NCBI GenBank assembly: GCA_041583235.1
Contig: JBFHGG010000003.1
Span: forward strand, 3,823 to 67,822
Length of the DNA: 64,000 nucleotides
DNA from: Halarcobacter sp.
GTDB lineage: Bacteria; Campylobacterota; Campylobacteria; Campylobacterales; Arcobacteraceae
Direction of reading: 5' to 3'
Under the pieces are notes generated by a model, which did no database searches, was not told where the DNA came from, and saw nothing but the letters and a program-made list of their open reading frames with translations. Within the stretch, counting starts at the first letter, position 1; each line of letters starts with the position of its first letter. Positions 18,451 to 28,138 of this stretch are shown here, piece after piece. The position numbers and the translations under genes are program-made.

Positions 18451-20238
18451 TTGCAAAAAAACATCAGAAATTTCTCAATAATTGCACATATTGACCATGG
18501 TAAATCTACCTTAGCAGATAGAATTATTCAAGAATGTGGTTCAGTTGCAGATAGAGATATGTCAGCACAAGTTATGGATACAATGGATATTGAAAAAGAG
18601 CGTGGTATCACTATTAAAGCGCAAAGTGTTAGACTTGATTATATAAAAGATGGACAGAATTATGTTCTAAACCTTATTGATACTCCAGGACATGTTGATT
18701 TCTCTTATGAAGTATCTCGTTCTTTAGCCTCTTCAGAAGGAGCATTACTTATTGTAGATTCAACACAAGGTGTTGAAGCACAAACTATTGCAAATGTCTA
18801 TATCGCTATGGATAATGACTTAGAATTACTTCCTGTTGTAAATAAGATTGACTTACCCTCTGCTGATCCTCTTAGAGTTTTAGAAGAGGTTGAAGACTCA
18901 ATTGGAGTTGACTGTACTGAGCACAATCTAATATCTGCAAAGACAGGTTTAGGTGTAAAAGATTTAATTGATTCCATAGTAGATAGAGTTCCTGCTCCAA
19001 CAGGAGATGAAGATGCTCCAACTAAAGCTTTAATCTATGATTCTTGGTTTGACAATTATCTTGGGGCTGTTGCATTAGTTAGAGTTTATGATGGATCTAT
19101 TAAAAAAGGTCAATTAATTAAATTAATGAATACAAAACAAGAACATCAAGTTCTTAATTTGATGTATCCACATCCTTTAAAAAGACAAAACACTCCTGAA
19201 ATAAAAACAGGTGAAATTGGAATTGTAATCTTAGGTCTTAAAACTCTTGATGGAGTTGCTGTTGGTGATACTATGACTGATGCTAAGAATCCAACAGCTG
19301 AAATAATTGATGGATTTGAACCTGCTAAACCTTTTGTATTTGCAGGAATTTATCCAATTGAAACTGATAAATTTGAAGATTTAAGAGAAGCATTAATCAA
19401 ATTGCAATTAAATGATTCCTCAATTTCTTTTGAACCTGAGTCTTCAGCAGCACTTGGAAGTGGTTTCAGAACAGGATTCTTAGGAATGCTTCACATGGAA
19501 GTAATAAAAGAAAGACTTGAAAGAGAGTTTAATCTTGACTTAATTGCAACTGCCCCAACAGTTGTATATGAAGTACTTAAGAATAATGGTGAAAAAATCA
19601 CTATACAAAACCCTAGTGAGTTACCTGAACCAAACTATATTGAAACAATATTTGAACCATATGTAAAAGCTACAATCTTGGTTCCTGATGAATTCTTAGG
19701 AAATGTAATAAAACTTTTAAATGATAAAAGAGGAATCCAAAATAAAATGGATTACATAGGGAAAAGAGTTCTTTTAGATTATGATATTCCTATGAATGAA
19801 ATTGTTATGGACTTTTATGATAAGTTAAAATCTTCAACTAAAGGTTATGCCTCTTTTGATTATGAACCAATAGGTTTTAGACCTGGTGTTTTACAAAAAC
19901 TTGATATCAAAGTTGCTGGTGATGTTGTTGATGCTTTATCTATTATTGTTCCATCTAATAAAGCCTTATCAAAAGGTAGAGAGTTTATTAAAGCATTAAA
20001 AGAGTTAATTCCTAGACAACTATTTGAAGTAGCTATTCAAGCAAGTATTGGCTCTAATATTATTGCACGAGAGACTGTAAAATCAACAGGTAAAAATGTA
20101 ACTGCTAAATGTTATGGTGGAGATATTACAAGAAAAAGAAAACTTCTAGAAAAACAAAAAGCTGGTAAAAAAAGAATGAAAGCTATTGGAAAAGTAAATG
20201 TTCCACAAGAAGCTTTTATGGCTGTTTTAAAAATATAA
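18451..20238 (+). CDS. lepA: Elongation factor 4
   Basis: [21 protein letters not shown] and [13 protein letters not shown] motifs; TTG start. Confidence 0.97.
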   Translation: MQKNIRNFSIIAHIDHGKSTLADRIIQECGSVADRDMSAQVMDTMDIEKERGITIKAQSVRLDYIKDGQNYVLNLIDTPGHVDFSYEVSRSLASSEGALLIVDSTQGVEAQTIANVYIAMDNDLELLPVVNKIDLPSADPLRVLEEVEDSIGVDCTEHNLISAKTGLGVKDLIDSIVDRVPAPTGDEDAPTKALIYDSWFDNYLGAVALVRVYDGSIKKGQLIKLMNTKQEHQVLNLMYPHPLKRQNTPEIKTGEIGIVILGLKTLDGVAVGDTMTDAKNPTAEIIDGFEPAKPFVFAGIYPIETDKFEDLREALIKLQLNDSSISFEPESSAALGSGFRTGFLGMLHMEVIKERLEREFNLDLIATAPTVVYEVLKNNGEKITIQNPSELPEPNYIETIFEPYVKATILVPDEFLGNVIKLLNDKRGIQNKMDYIGKRVLLDYDIPMNEIVMDFYDKLKSSTKGYASFDYEPIGFRPGVLQKLDIKVAGDVVDALSIIVPSNKALSKGREFIKALKELIPRQLFEVAIQASIGSNIIARETVKSTGKNVTAKCYGGDITRKRKLLEKQKAGKKRMKAIGKVNVPQEAFMAVLKI

Positions 20239-20261
20239 TAAATCTTCTTAAAATAAAAGTT

Positions 20262-20296
20262 GCAGTATTAAATAAAAATTTAATACTGCTTTTTTT
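20262..20296. terminator. Terminator between lepA and the yceI-like gene
   Basis: gcagtatta / taatactgc followed by a T-tract. Confidence 0.6.
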
Positions 20297-20846
20297 ATTC
20301 TTTAAATGGCAAAGTAAACTCTATATTAACTTCAGAATAACTTTTACCTGCGTGTAAATCAAAACACTCTTTTGCAAACTTAGCAAAAGACTCACTCATA
20401 CTATAATCTAAAATGTCTATTAATCCTTTTGCAATAATATTTCCATCTTCTAACTTATAAGTTAAAGAAATATCTTTACTTACCTCATTCATAGTTAAAT
20501 GCAAAACAAGAGTTTTCTTATTTATATCAACTTCTACAATACTTGCTCTTATCTCTTCTGAACTTTTTAAAGAAAAGAGAGTTGAAACAATACTTTTATT
20601 TCTGACGTCAAGTCCGGAGTCAAAACTTAATGTATTTATTTTTACATCTGCACTTGTTAAGAAATCTTCTAAATTATCATTTTTCATGATATTAAGTTTT
20701 ATTTCATTAAAAGTACCAGAGACAGGAACTTTTTTTTCTGTTTTATAACCAGTCCATTTAACTTTTAAATCCCCATTTAACTCATATGCATTTACCCAGA
20801 CAAAGGCAAATAAGGATAATATTCCTAAGAGTAATTTTAACTTCAT
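20295..20846 (-). CDS. YceI-family periplasmic lipid/polyisoprenoid-binding protein
   Basis: Signal peptide, WTGYK...VSGTF and DSGLDVRN beta-rich pattern. Confidence 0.7.
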   Translation of the reverse strand: MKLKLLLGILSLFAFVWVNAYELNGDLKVKWTGYKTEKKVPVSGTFNEIKLNIMKNDNLEDFLTSADVKINTLSFDSGLDVRNKSIVSTLFSLKSSEEIRASIVEVDINKKTLVLHLTMNEVSKDISLTYKLEDGNIIAKGLIDILDYSMSESFAKFAKECFDLHAGKSYSEVNIEFTLPFKE

Positions 20847-20978
20847 AACATCTCCTTTTTATTTTTTAAATTTAAAATACTACTTTTTATAGTAATAAAA
20901 ATTATGTTAGTTGTTACTTAATTATTTTAATTAGATTTAAGTAAGATCTAACACTTTAAAGATATAATATTTAATATT

Positions 20979-21548
20979 ATGAAATGCCTATCATGTGAAA
21001 ATTTATCATATCAAATAATCTGTAAAAACTGCCAAAATAATCTACTTAAGCCCTCTTTTCATAAGAGAGAACTAAAGCAAAATTTTTATAATTACTCATT
21101 TTATTCATTTTCAGAAATTGAAGAGTTTATAACTTCTAAATACTATTTTCATGGGGATAGAGTTTTTAATATTTTAGCCTCACTCTCTTTTAAAGTATTT
21201 GCACAAAATTTTGATTTTAGTGAAACTGTTTATTCTATTGGAATTGATGAACATACAAGACATGAATTTTCACAAACTGCAATACTATCAAAGCATTTAA
21301 AATCAAAAAATATTAAACCCCTTTATAATCAATTAAAAGCTACAAATATTGTAAAATATGCAGGGCATGACCTAGAGTTTAGAAAGAAAAATAAAAGAAA
21401 ATTTATAACAAATCTATCTAATAAAAAAATTATCTTAGTTGATGATTTAATTACAACAGGGAGCACAATTCTTGAAGCAAAGAAACTACTAGAATCTAAA
21501 AACAACGAAGTTCTCTTCTCTTTAACCCTAGCTGATGCAAAAATTTAG
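20979..21548 (+). CDS. ComF-family phosphoribosyltransferase
   Basis: N-terminal CxxC...CxxC and the PRPP motif LVDDLITTGST. Confidence 0.85.
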   Translation: MKCLSCENLSYQIICKNCQNNLLKPSFHKRELKQNFYNYSFYSFSEIEEFITSKYYFHGDRVFNILASLSFKVFAQNFDFSETVYSIGIDEHTRHEFSQTAILSKHLKSKNIKPLYNQLKATNIVKYAGHDLEFRKKNKRKFITNLSNKKIILVDDLITTGSTILEAKKLLESKNNEVLFSLTLADAKI

Positions 21549-21586
21549 TATAATGCAAACTTTCTAAAGAACACAAAGGATATTAT

Positions 21587-22201
21587 GTGATTGGAATTAT
21601 TGATTACAATATGGGCAATCTAGCTTCTGTATACAATGCATGTCATTTATTAGATGCTAAAGCTTCATTTGTAAAAGACCCTGAAGACTTAAAAAACTAC
21701 AATAGAATTATTCTTCCTGGAGTTGGGGCATTTGGTGATGCTATGGAGAATCTTAATGAAACAGGAATGTTTCAGGCCATTCATGAGTATGCAAAAAGTG
21801 GAAAACCAATGATTGGAATTTGTCTTGGAATGCAACTACTTTTTGAAAGTTCACAAGAGTTTGGAAAGCATAAAGGCTTAGGGCTTATTGATGGAGAAAT
21901 TGTAAAATTTGATAAATCAAAAATGCATGAAGATACTAAAATTCCACATATGGGTTGGAATGTAATAAAAACACAAGATGATCATACTTTATTTGAGGGA
22001 TTAAAAGATCCATATTTATATTTTGTGCACTCTTATCATGCAGTTACTAATGAAAAAAATATCATTGGAAAAACTGAATATGGTTATGAATTTGCAAGTG
22101 CTGTACATAAAGAGAATATTTATGGTTTTCAACCACACCCTGAAAAATCCCATGACAATGGATTAAAAATACTTAAAAATTTTATGAGTTTGTCACATTA
22201 A
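21587..22201 (+). CDS. hisH: Imidazole glycerol phosphate synthase, glutaminase subunit
   Basis: PGVGAF, GICLGMQ, PHMGWN, YFVHSY and QPHPEKS motifs; GTG start. Confidence 0.95.
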   Translation: MIGIIDYNMGNLASVYNACHLLDAKASFVKDPEDLKNYNRIILPGVGAFGDAMENLNETGMFQAIHEYAKSGKPMIGICLGMQLLFESSQEFGKHKGLGLIDGEIVKFDKSKMHEDTKIPHMGWNVIKTQDDHTLFEGLKDPYLYFVHSYHAVTNEKNIIGKTEYGYEFASAVHKENIYGFQPHPEKSHDNGLKILKNFMSLSH

Positions 22202-22236
22202 TTTAAAATAGTAAAAGTAAAAAGGAATAATAAAAT

Positions 22237-22944
22237 ATGGATATTTTACCAGCAATTGATCTAAAAGACGGAAAAGCTGTAAGACTAAGTAAAGGACTTA
22301 TGGATAGTGCAAAAATCTATTCAGATGAGCCCTGGCAAGTTGCAAAGAGATTTGAAGAGTTAGGTTCAAAATGGCTTCATATTGTAGATTTAAATGGAGC
22401 TTTTGCAGGAGAACCAGCAAACCTTGAACAAATCAAGAAGATTAGAGAAAACTGTAATTTAAAAATTGAACTTGGTGGAGGAATCAGAGAGGAAGAGACT
22501 ATTAGGATGTATATTGAACTTGGAGTTGATAGATTAATTTTAGGAAGTATTGCTGTAAAAGATCCACAATTTGTAAAAGATATGGCTTCTAAATATCCAA
22601 TTGCTGTTGGTATTGATGCTATGAATGGAATGGTTGCAGTTGAAGGTTGGGCAGAAGTTTCTACTATGAAAGCTACAGACCTGGCAAAAGAGTTTGCAAA
22701 TGCTGGGGTTGAAGCTATTATTTGTACTGATATTTCAAAAGATGGAATGCTTTGTGGTGTGAATGTAGAGTTTACAGAGTCTATTGCTCTAGCATCTGGT
22801 GTTGATACCATTGCATCTGGTGGAGTAAAAGATATTAATGATATCACAAACTGTAAAGCAAATGGAAACATAGCTGGTGTTATTGTTGGAAAAGCATTCT
22901 ATGAAGGTACTTTAGACTTAGAAGAAGGTTTTAAAGCACTTTAA
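22237..22944 (+). CDS. hisA: ProFAR isomerase
   Basis: [31 protein letters not shown] and IASGG motifs. Confidence 0.96.
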   Translation: MDILPAIDLKDGKAVRLSKGLMDSAKIYSDEPWQVAKRFEELGSKWLHIVDLNGAFAGEPANLEQIKKIRENCNLKIELGGGIREEETIRMYIELGVDRLILGSIAVKDPQFVKDMASKYPIAVGIDAMNGMVAVEGWAEVSTMKATDLAKEFANAGVEAIICTDISKDGMLCGVNVEFTESIALASGVDTIASGGVKDINDITNCKANGNIAGVIVGKAFYEGTLDLEEGFKAL

Positions 22945-23101
22945 TGTGCCTTATAATCTCAATAATATTTACGGCACTTGCATATTCATTTTTTGAAGAT
23001 GGAAATATGCAAGGCTTTTATATTAATATTTCTATTGCCCTACTTTTTATATTATTAATGCTTAGAAATATTATAAAAACCAAAAAAGATAGAAATATAA
23101 A

Positions 23102-24421
23102 ATGATAAAAAAACCAAAACATGAATCAATCTATGAAAAAATGATGAATGAAGAAGATGCTAGAGTTTGTAAAGCAATAGATGAAAAAGCTTGTAAAGTA
23201 GTCCCTGGTAATTTTTTCTTAACTATCATTAGCTACTTTTTTAATAAACTTGCAGACTCAGTTGCAAATACAAAGGTAATTATACCTTGGGTAATGGAAA
23301 CACTTAATGTTCCACTTTTCTTAATCTCTTTTCTTGTTCCTATTAGAGAATCAGGTTCACTTCTTCCTCAACTTTTAATAGCAGCATATGTTAGAAAACT
23401 TCCTATTAGAAAATATATTTGGTCTCTTGGAGCATTTTTACAAGCTCTTAGTATGATTGGTATTGGGATAGTAGCTTGGAGTATGCAAGGATTAAATGCA
23501 GGTATTGCAATTATTATATTAATAATACTTTTTAGTTTAGCACGTGGACTAAGCTCGGTTGCTGCAAAAGACGTATTAGGTAAAACTATTCCAAAAACAA
23601 GACGTGGTGCTTTAAATGGCTACTCAGGAAGTTTAGCAGGCCTTTTAATTGTAGCACTTGGAATATATTTTTTAATTGTTGGAGAAAAGCCTTTCTCACC
23701 CCAAAATTTTGGTATACTACTTTTTATTGCTGGTTTCTTTTGGATTATTGCAGCTATTATTTATTCTCGTATCAATGAATTTGATGGAGAAACTGATGGT
23801 GGAGGAAATGCCATAAGTGTTGCACTAAAAAAAATTGGCTTGCTTAAAACTGATAAGGATTTTAGAACCTTTGTTATTTCAAGAGCACTATTTTTATGTT
23901 CAGTTTTATCTGCTCCTTTTTTTGTAATCTTAGCACAACAAGATACAAATTCAAGTACTTATCTTTTAGGACTTTTTATCCTTGCTGGAGGATTAGCTGA
24001 TTTTTCTTCATCAATTATTTGGGGAAAACTTTCAGATATATCAAGTAAAAGATCAATGATATTAGGGGCAACAATTTCAACAGCACTTGGATTTTTAGTA
24101 TTTTTTCTAGATACTTTTTTTGAGAATATTTTTGCTACTATTTGGTTAATGCCTTTAATATATTTTGTATTAACAGTTGGTTATCAAGGTATTAGAATAG
24201 GAAGAAAGACTTATCTAGTAGATTTAGCTGGGGGAAATAAAAGAACTGATTATGTAGCAGTTTCTAATACTATTATTGGTATTATTTTGCTATTTACAGG
24301 TTTTATTGGAGTCCTCTCTTCTCTTATTGGTTTAAATGGAATAATCTTATTATTATCAATTTTTGGAATACTTGGAATTATAATGGCTTCAAAATTACCT
24401 GAAGTTCAAGAAGAAGAGTAA
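23102..24421 (+). CDS. MFS transporter, substrate unknown
   Basis: About 12 TM segments and LVPIRESGSLLPQ. Confidence 0.75.
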   Translation: MIKKPKHESIYEKMMNEEDARVCKAIDEKACKVVPGNFFLTIISYFFNKLADSVANTKVIIPWVMETLNVPLFLISFLVPIRESGSLLPQLLIAAYVRKLPIRKYIWSLGAFLQALSMIGIGIVAWSMQGLNAGIAIIILIILFSLARGLSSVAAKDVLGKTIPKTRRGALNGYSGSLAGLLIVALGIYFLIVGEKPFSPQNFGILLFIAGFFWIIAAIIYSRINEFDGETDGGGNAISVALKKIGLLKTDKDFRTFVISRALFLCSVLSAPFFVILAQQDTNSSTYLLGLFILAGGLADFSSSIIWGKLSDISSKRSMILGATISTALGFLVFFLDTFFENIFATIWLMPLIYFVLTVGYQGIRIGRKTYLVDLAGGNKRTDYVAVSNTIIGIILLFTGFIGVLSSLIGLNGIILLLSIFGILGIIMASKLPEVQEEE

Positions 24422-24433
24422 AATTAATTAACT

Positions 24434-27385
24434 TTACTCATTCATAGTGTAATGCAGTTCTAAACCTTTACTTGTGGCAACAAAACCATTTATATTAATA
24501 GTTCCATCATGTACCATTTTATGATGTTTCTTACATAATGGTATAAGGTTATATTTATGGTTCGCATTGACATGTCCAATAAAGCCATCTTTGTTTGCTC
24601 TTGCTTGCTCTTTTATATGATGCACATCATCACAAGCACGCCCACATATTAGACATGAACTTACAAAAACATCTTTATTATATTTAGATGATTTTTTATG
24701 AGTTATTCTTTCAACAGCAGAATAATCATCTGTAAGTTTTTTTCTTATATCATTTGCAACTTGTAAAAATTCTTTATCCATATGAAGTGATTTTGCATAT
24801 TCAAGTCCATACATAGATGAACCACTTCCATACTTTAGTTTTCTATCAAAAATTAGTTTATCTTCTGCATCTTCATACATAACAGATAAATGAAGCGGAA
24901 TTATATTTTTAAGTTTTTTAATCTCTTCAATTTCAGGTAATTGATGAAGATGAGTAGCAAAAATAAACATTGCTTCGAGTTTTGAAAGCTTTAAAATTGA
25001 ACTAGCAACAATACTAACCCCACTCATAGTTTCTGTACTATGTGAAATTTCATCACCTAAGATTAAAGATTGATTTGTTGCACGATTAAAAATATTTTTT
25101 AACTCTAACATCTCGACTGCAAAAGAAGATAAACCTTTTGCAATATTATCAGCCCCACTTATTCTAGTAAAAATAGAATCAAAAATTGAAAATCTCATAG
25201 ATTTTGCTGGTACATAAAATCCTGCTTGTGCTAAGATTACTGCAATACCAATTGATTTCATAAGAGAAGACTTACCTGATGAATTTATACCATAAAGTAA
25301 AACACCATGCATTTTATTATTATTCATATTTATTGGATTTGAGTTTTTAATTATTACATTGTTTTTATATTCATTTTTTGCTAAAGATAATTCACCTAAA
25401 ATAATATCATTAGGAACATAAATACCCTGCTCTTCATTTGCTTCAATAATTGGATGTCTTAAATCAATAAGTTCTAAAAAATTGTTATTTTCATCTGTTT
25501 TTACAATTTTTGGACATACATAATTATATTTTTTAGCTGTTTTTATATTTGATATTGTTAAATCAACTTCTGCAATAAATTGAACTAATTCTTCTAAAAG
25601 GCTTGCAAACTTTTTTTCAAACTCTGTTAATTTTTCTTTAAATACAAGTTTATTAAGCTCAATTATTTTTCTTAAATTATGAACATATCTATCAGAAATA
25701 CTATCCATAAATTTACAAGAAATTTTTACAGAAGTTGTTTGAATTTTTATATTAAAATCTTTTATTAATAAAAGTTCATCATCAATAATAATATGTGAAT
25801 TTAATAACTCTTCTTTAATTAAATTAAATCTATTTTTAGTAAGAGATAAATAGAAACCTTCTTTATCTAATCTATTTATACTTACATAATTTGAATCTTT
25901 GCTATTAATAAAAGTAAAGATATGAGCTCTTATAAGTTCTAATTTTTCATAAAGTTCTTCATTCTCTTTATTTAATTCATCAATTTTAGTATTAACTCCA
26001 TCACAAACCATATTGCACTCAACATCTTTTAGCATATATTTACCTGATACTGCTAAATTAAATGTTGACTCAATTGAATCTATAAACATTTGAAGCTCTG
26101 CTAAAGAACAAGGTGGAGTTATAAATTTATAGTTTTCCATAAAAGATACAACTTCTTTTATACTTTGTAAGGAGTCATATAAATAGTTTAATTCAAAAGG
26201 ATGAAGCCTTGTTAGTTTTATTCTTCTTGTTAATCTTTCTATATCATAAATATTAGCTAATTCATTTTCTATTGGAGCATGATAATCATATAACTCTTTT
26301 GATAAAGCATAACGTCTTAATAATTCTTTACTATCTTTTACAGGATGAGTTAGTCTCTCTTTTAAAAGCCTCTTTCCCATAGCAGTTGATGTATTATTCA
26401 TTAGTTTTATTAAAGATGGATTATGAGTAGTTTCAATTATATTTAATTGCTCTAAAGCATTATTTCCTAAATATATATATTTACTAACATCAAGTTTCAC
26501 AGGATATGATAATTTTTGCACAATATTAGAATCATGTCCAATTACAAAATCAATTAAAATTGCTAAAGATTCTGTACTTAAAGGAACTCTTTCCATATCT
26601 AAATGTTCTATTGAAGTAAGAAGTGATTCTATATTAAAAACATTTTTAAAAAGTTCATTTTGATATGAAATTTTTGGAGTAAAACCTCCAATATGAAAAG
26701 TTTTTAAACTAAGCTCTAAGTAATCAATTACCTCTTTTTGATTTATATTTTTATCAGCAAAAGTAACCATTACTTCATTTGTTTTATGCATATTCATATA
26801 ATTAAATACTTCATCAAGTGCATAAAACTTATCTTCACTAGTGCCATGAACTTCATTATAAAAACATTTTCCTGTAGTTACATCAATAGCAGAATATCCA
26901 ACAAGATATATTCCTTTTATTTGGTCAATTACAAGTGAAGTAATATTATTTTCATCTTGGTCAATTACAAAATCAAAGTTAGTCCCTGGACTTACAACAG
27001 TATCTAAATAACGTGACACTTTAGGAGGAAGACCTCTTTGTCTAATTATTACAACCGTATATTTTTGTTCTGAAATTATTCGGGCTAGATGTTTTTCCAA
27101 AGAAATAGCTGGGACTCCAGCCATAATAGGATTCTCTTTTGAATTTTCAAGTATAGATTTGTTTTTTCTTGTTAATTGAATATTTAGTAATTCAGCTATC
27201 TCTTTTGCTTTTCCTACTTGCTCTTCATCATTATTAACTTCATATACTTCAAAAAATGTTCCTATTTCCATAAGAACTACTGTATTTTTTCCATACTTTT
27301 TTTCAAAAAGTCTTTGTAGTTTAAAATATGTTACTGTTAAAAGAGTCTTTTTCTGATCTAATAATTCTTGAACTTCTTCTCTCAA
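24434..27385 (-). CDS. MutS-family ATPase with C-terminal HNH nuclease (MutS7-like)
   Basis: GTFFE mismatch motif, Walker A GINSSGKS, SSFAVEM, DEISHST and FATHLH; C-terminal CLICG...HHI...NLIPLCKKHHKMVH; TTG start. Confidence 0.9.
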   Translation of the reverse strand: MREEVQELLDQKKTLLTVTYFKLQRLFEKKYGKNTVVLMEIGTFFEVYEVNNDEEQVGKAKEIAELLNIQLTRKNKSILENSKENPIMAGVPAISLEKHLARIISEQKYTVVIIRQRGLPPKVSRYLDTVVSPGTNFDFVIDQDENNITSLVIDQIKGIYLVGYSAIDVTTGKCFYNEVHGTSEDKFYALDEVFNYMNMHKTNEVMVTFADKNINQKEVIDYLELSLKTFHIGGFTPKISYQNELFKNVFNIESLLTSIEHLDMERVPLSTESLAILIDFVIGHDSNIVQKLSYPVKLDVSKYIYLGNNALEQLNIIETTHNPSLIKLMNNTSTAMGKRLLKERLTHPVKDSKELLRRYALSKELYDYHAPIENELANIYDIERLTRRIKLTRLHPFELNYLYDSLQSIKEVVSFMENYKFITPPCSLAELQMFIDSIESTFNLAVSGKYMLKDVECNMVCDGVNTKIDELNKENEELYEKLELIRAHIFTFINSKDSNYVSINRLDKEGFYLSLTKNRFNLIKEELLNSHIIIDDELLLIKDFNIKIQTTSVKISCKFMDSISDRYVHNLRKIIELNKLVFKEKLTEFEKKFASLLEELVQFIAEVDLTISNIKTAKKYNYVCPKIVKTDENNNFLELIDLRHPIIEANEEQGIYVPNDIILGELSLAKNEYKNNVIIKNSNPINMNNNKMHGVLLYGINSSGKSSLMKSIGIAVILAQAGFYVPAKSMRFSIFDSIFTRISGADNIAKGLSSFAVEMLELKNIFNRATNQSLILGDEISHSTETMSGVSIVASSILKLSKLEAMFIFATHLHQLPEIEEIKKLKNIIPLHLSVMYEDAEDKLIFDRKLKYGSGSSMYGLEYAKSLHMDKEFLQVANDIRKKLTDDYSAVERITHKKSSKYNKDVFVSSCLICGRACDDVHHIKEQARANKDGFIGHVNANHKYNLIPLCKKHHKMVHDGTININGFVATSKGLELHYTMNE

Positions 27386-27386
27386 T

Positions 27387-27806
27387 TTATTTTTTAACCC
27401 CTGTCCAATCTCTAATCATTGTTCTTTGCTCTCTTGTTAAATCTGCTTCTTCATGAAAAAAGATATAATCTTCTAAAGGCATTGAAATATATGCTGTTCT
27501 AAATATTTCTTTTAACTCTTTTCTTTTTTCTTCTTTTGTATAATTTTCCCATTCAGAAAAGTTTAAAGCACTTCTTCCATGGGAAACATGTCTATCAATA
27601 ATCCATGAGAAGGGAGCTATATTTGAATACCAAGGCCATCTTACTTCATTTGAGTGGCAATCATAACAAGCATTTTTAAGTAATATCTTAATATTTTCTG
27701 GAGCTTTTATTTCTAACTCTTTAGCTGTTACTTTATTCGTTTTTTCAGTCTGAACAAACTGCATAAGTATAAAAATTGATACAATTATTAGTAAAGTTCT
27801 TTTCAT
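27387..27806 (-). CDS. Haem-binding (Haem_bd) monoheme cytochrome c-like protein
   Basis: N-terminal hydrophobic anchor and CYDCH followed by WPWYS.IAP.SW. Confidence 0.85.
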   Translation of the reverse strand: MKRTLLIIVSIFILMQFVQTEKTNKVTAKELEIKAPENIKILLKNACYDCHSNEVRWPWYSNIAPFSWIIDRHVSHGRSALNFSEWENYTKEEKRKELKEIFRTAYISMPLEDYIFFHEEADLTREQRTMIRDWTGVKK

Positions 27807-28138
27807 TAATCCTAATCCATAAATAATATATATAATTTAAATTTAAATTTTTAAGGGCATAACTATAAATGACTAAAAATAAGAAAAGACATTTATATTT
27901 AAAAGAAATATTTTATCTAAATAGTTTTAAATAGAGTTTACTGCAATACTATTATCACAAGTGTAAATAGATATTATAAAGAAAAATAATATTTGATTTT
28001 TAAGTGATGACGTTCAAATCTATTTTTTGATTATTCTAACTTAAATATAACTTTTTATTTAAAAATAATAATTAAAATTTTAAATTCTTAAATACATATA
28101 GACTATTATAAAATAACTAAAACTAAAGCAGAGTTAAT

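Noticed and set aside
22946-23013. Purine-riboswitch-like words (TATAATCTCAATAATAT, and CCGTAAA on the opposite strand) in a double hairpin before the MFS gene
   Set aside because: The CCGTAAA is on the wrong strand, and the P2/P3 stems and the UUUCUACC junction are missing. It is better explained as the hisA terminator region.
27869-27934. 21-codon ORF MTKNKKRHLYLKEIFYLNSFK in a divergent promoter region
   Set aside because: Weak SD and composition indistinguishable from background.
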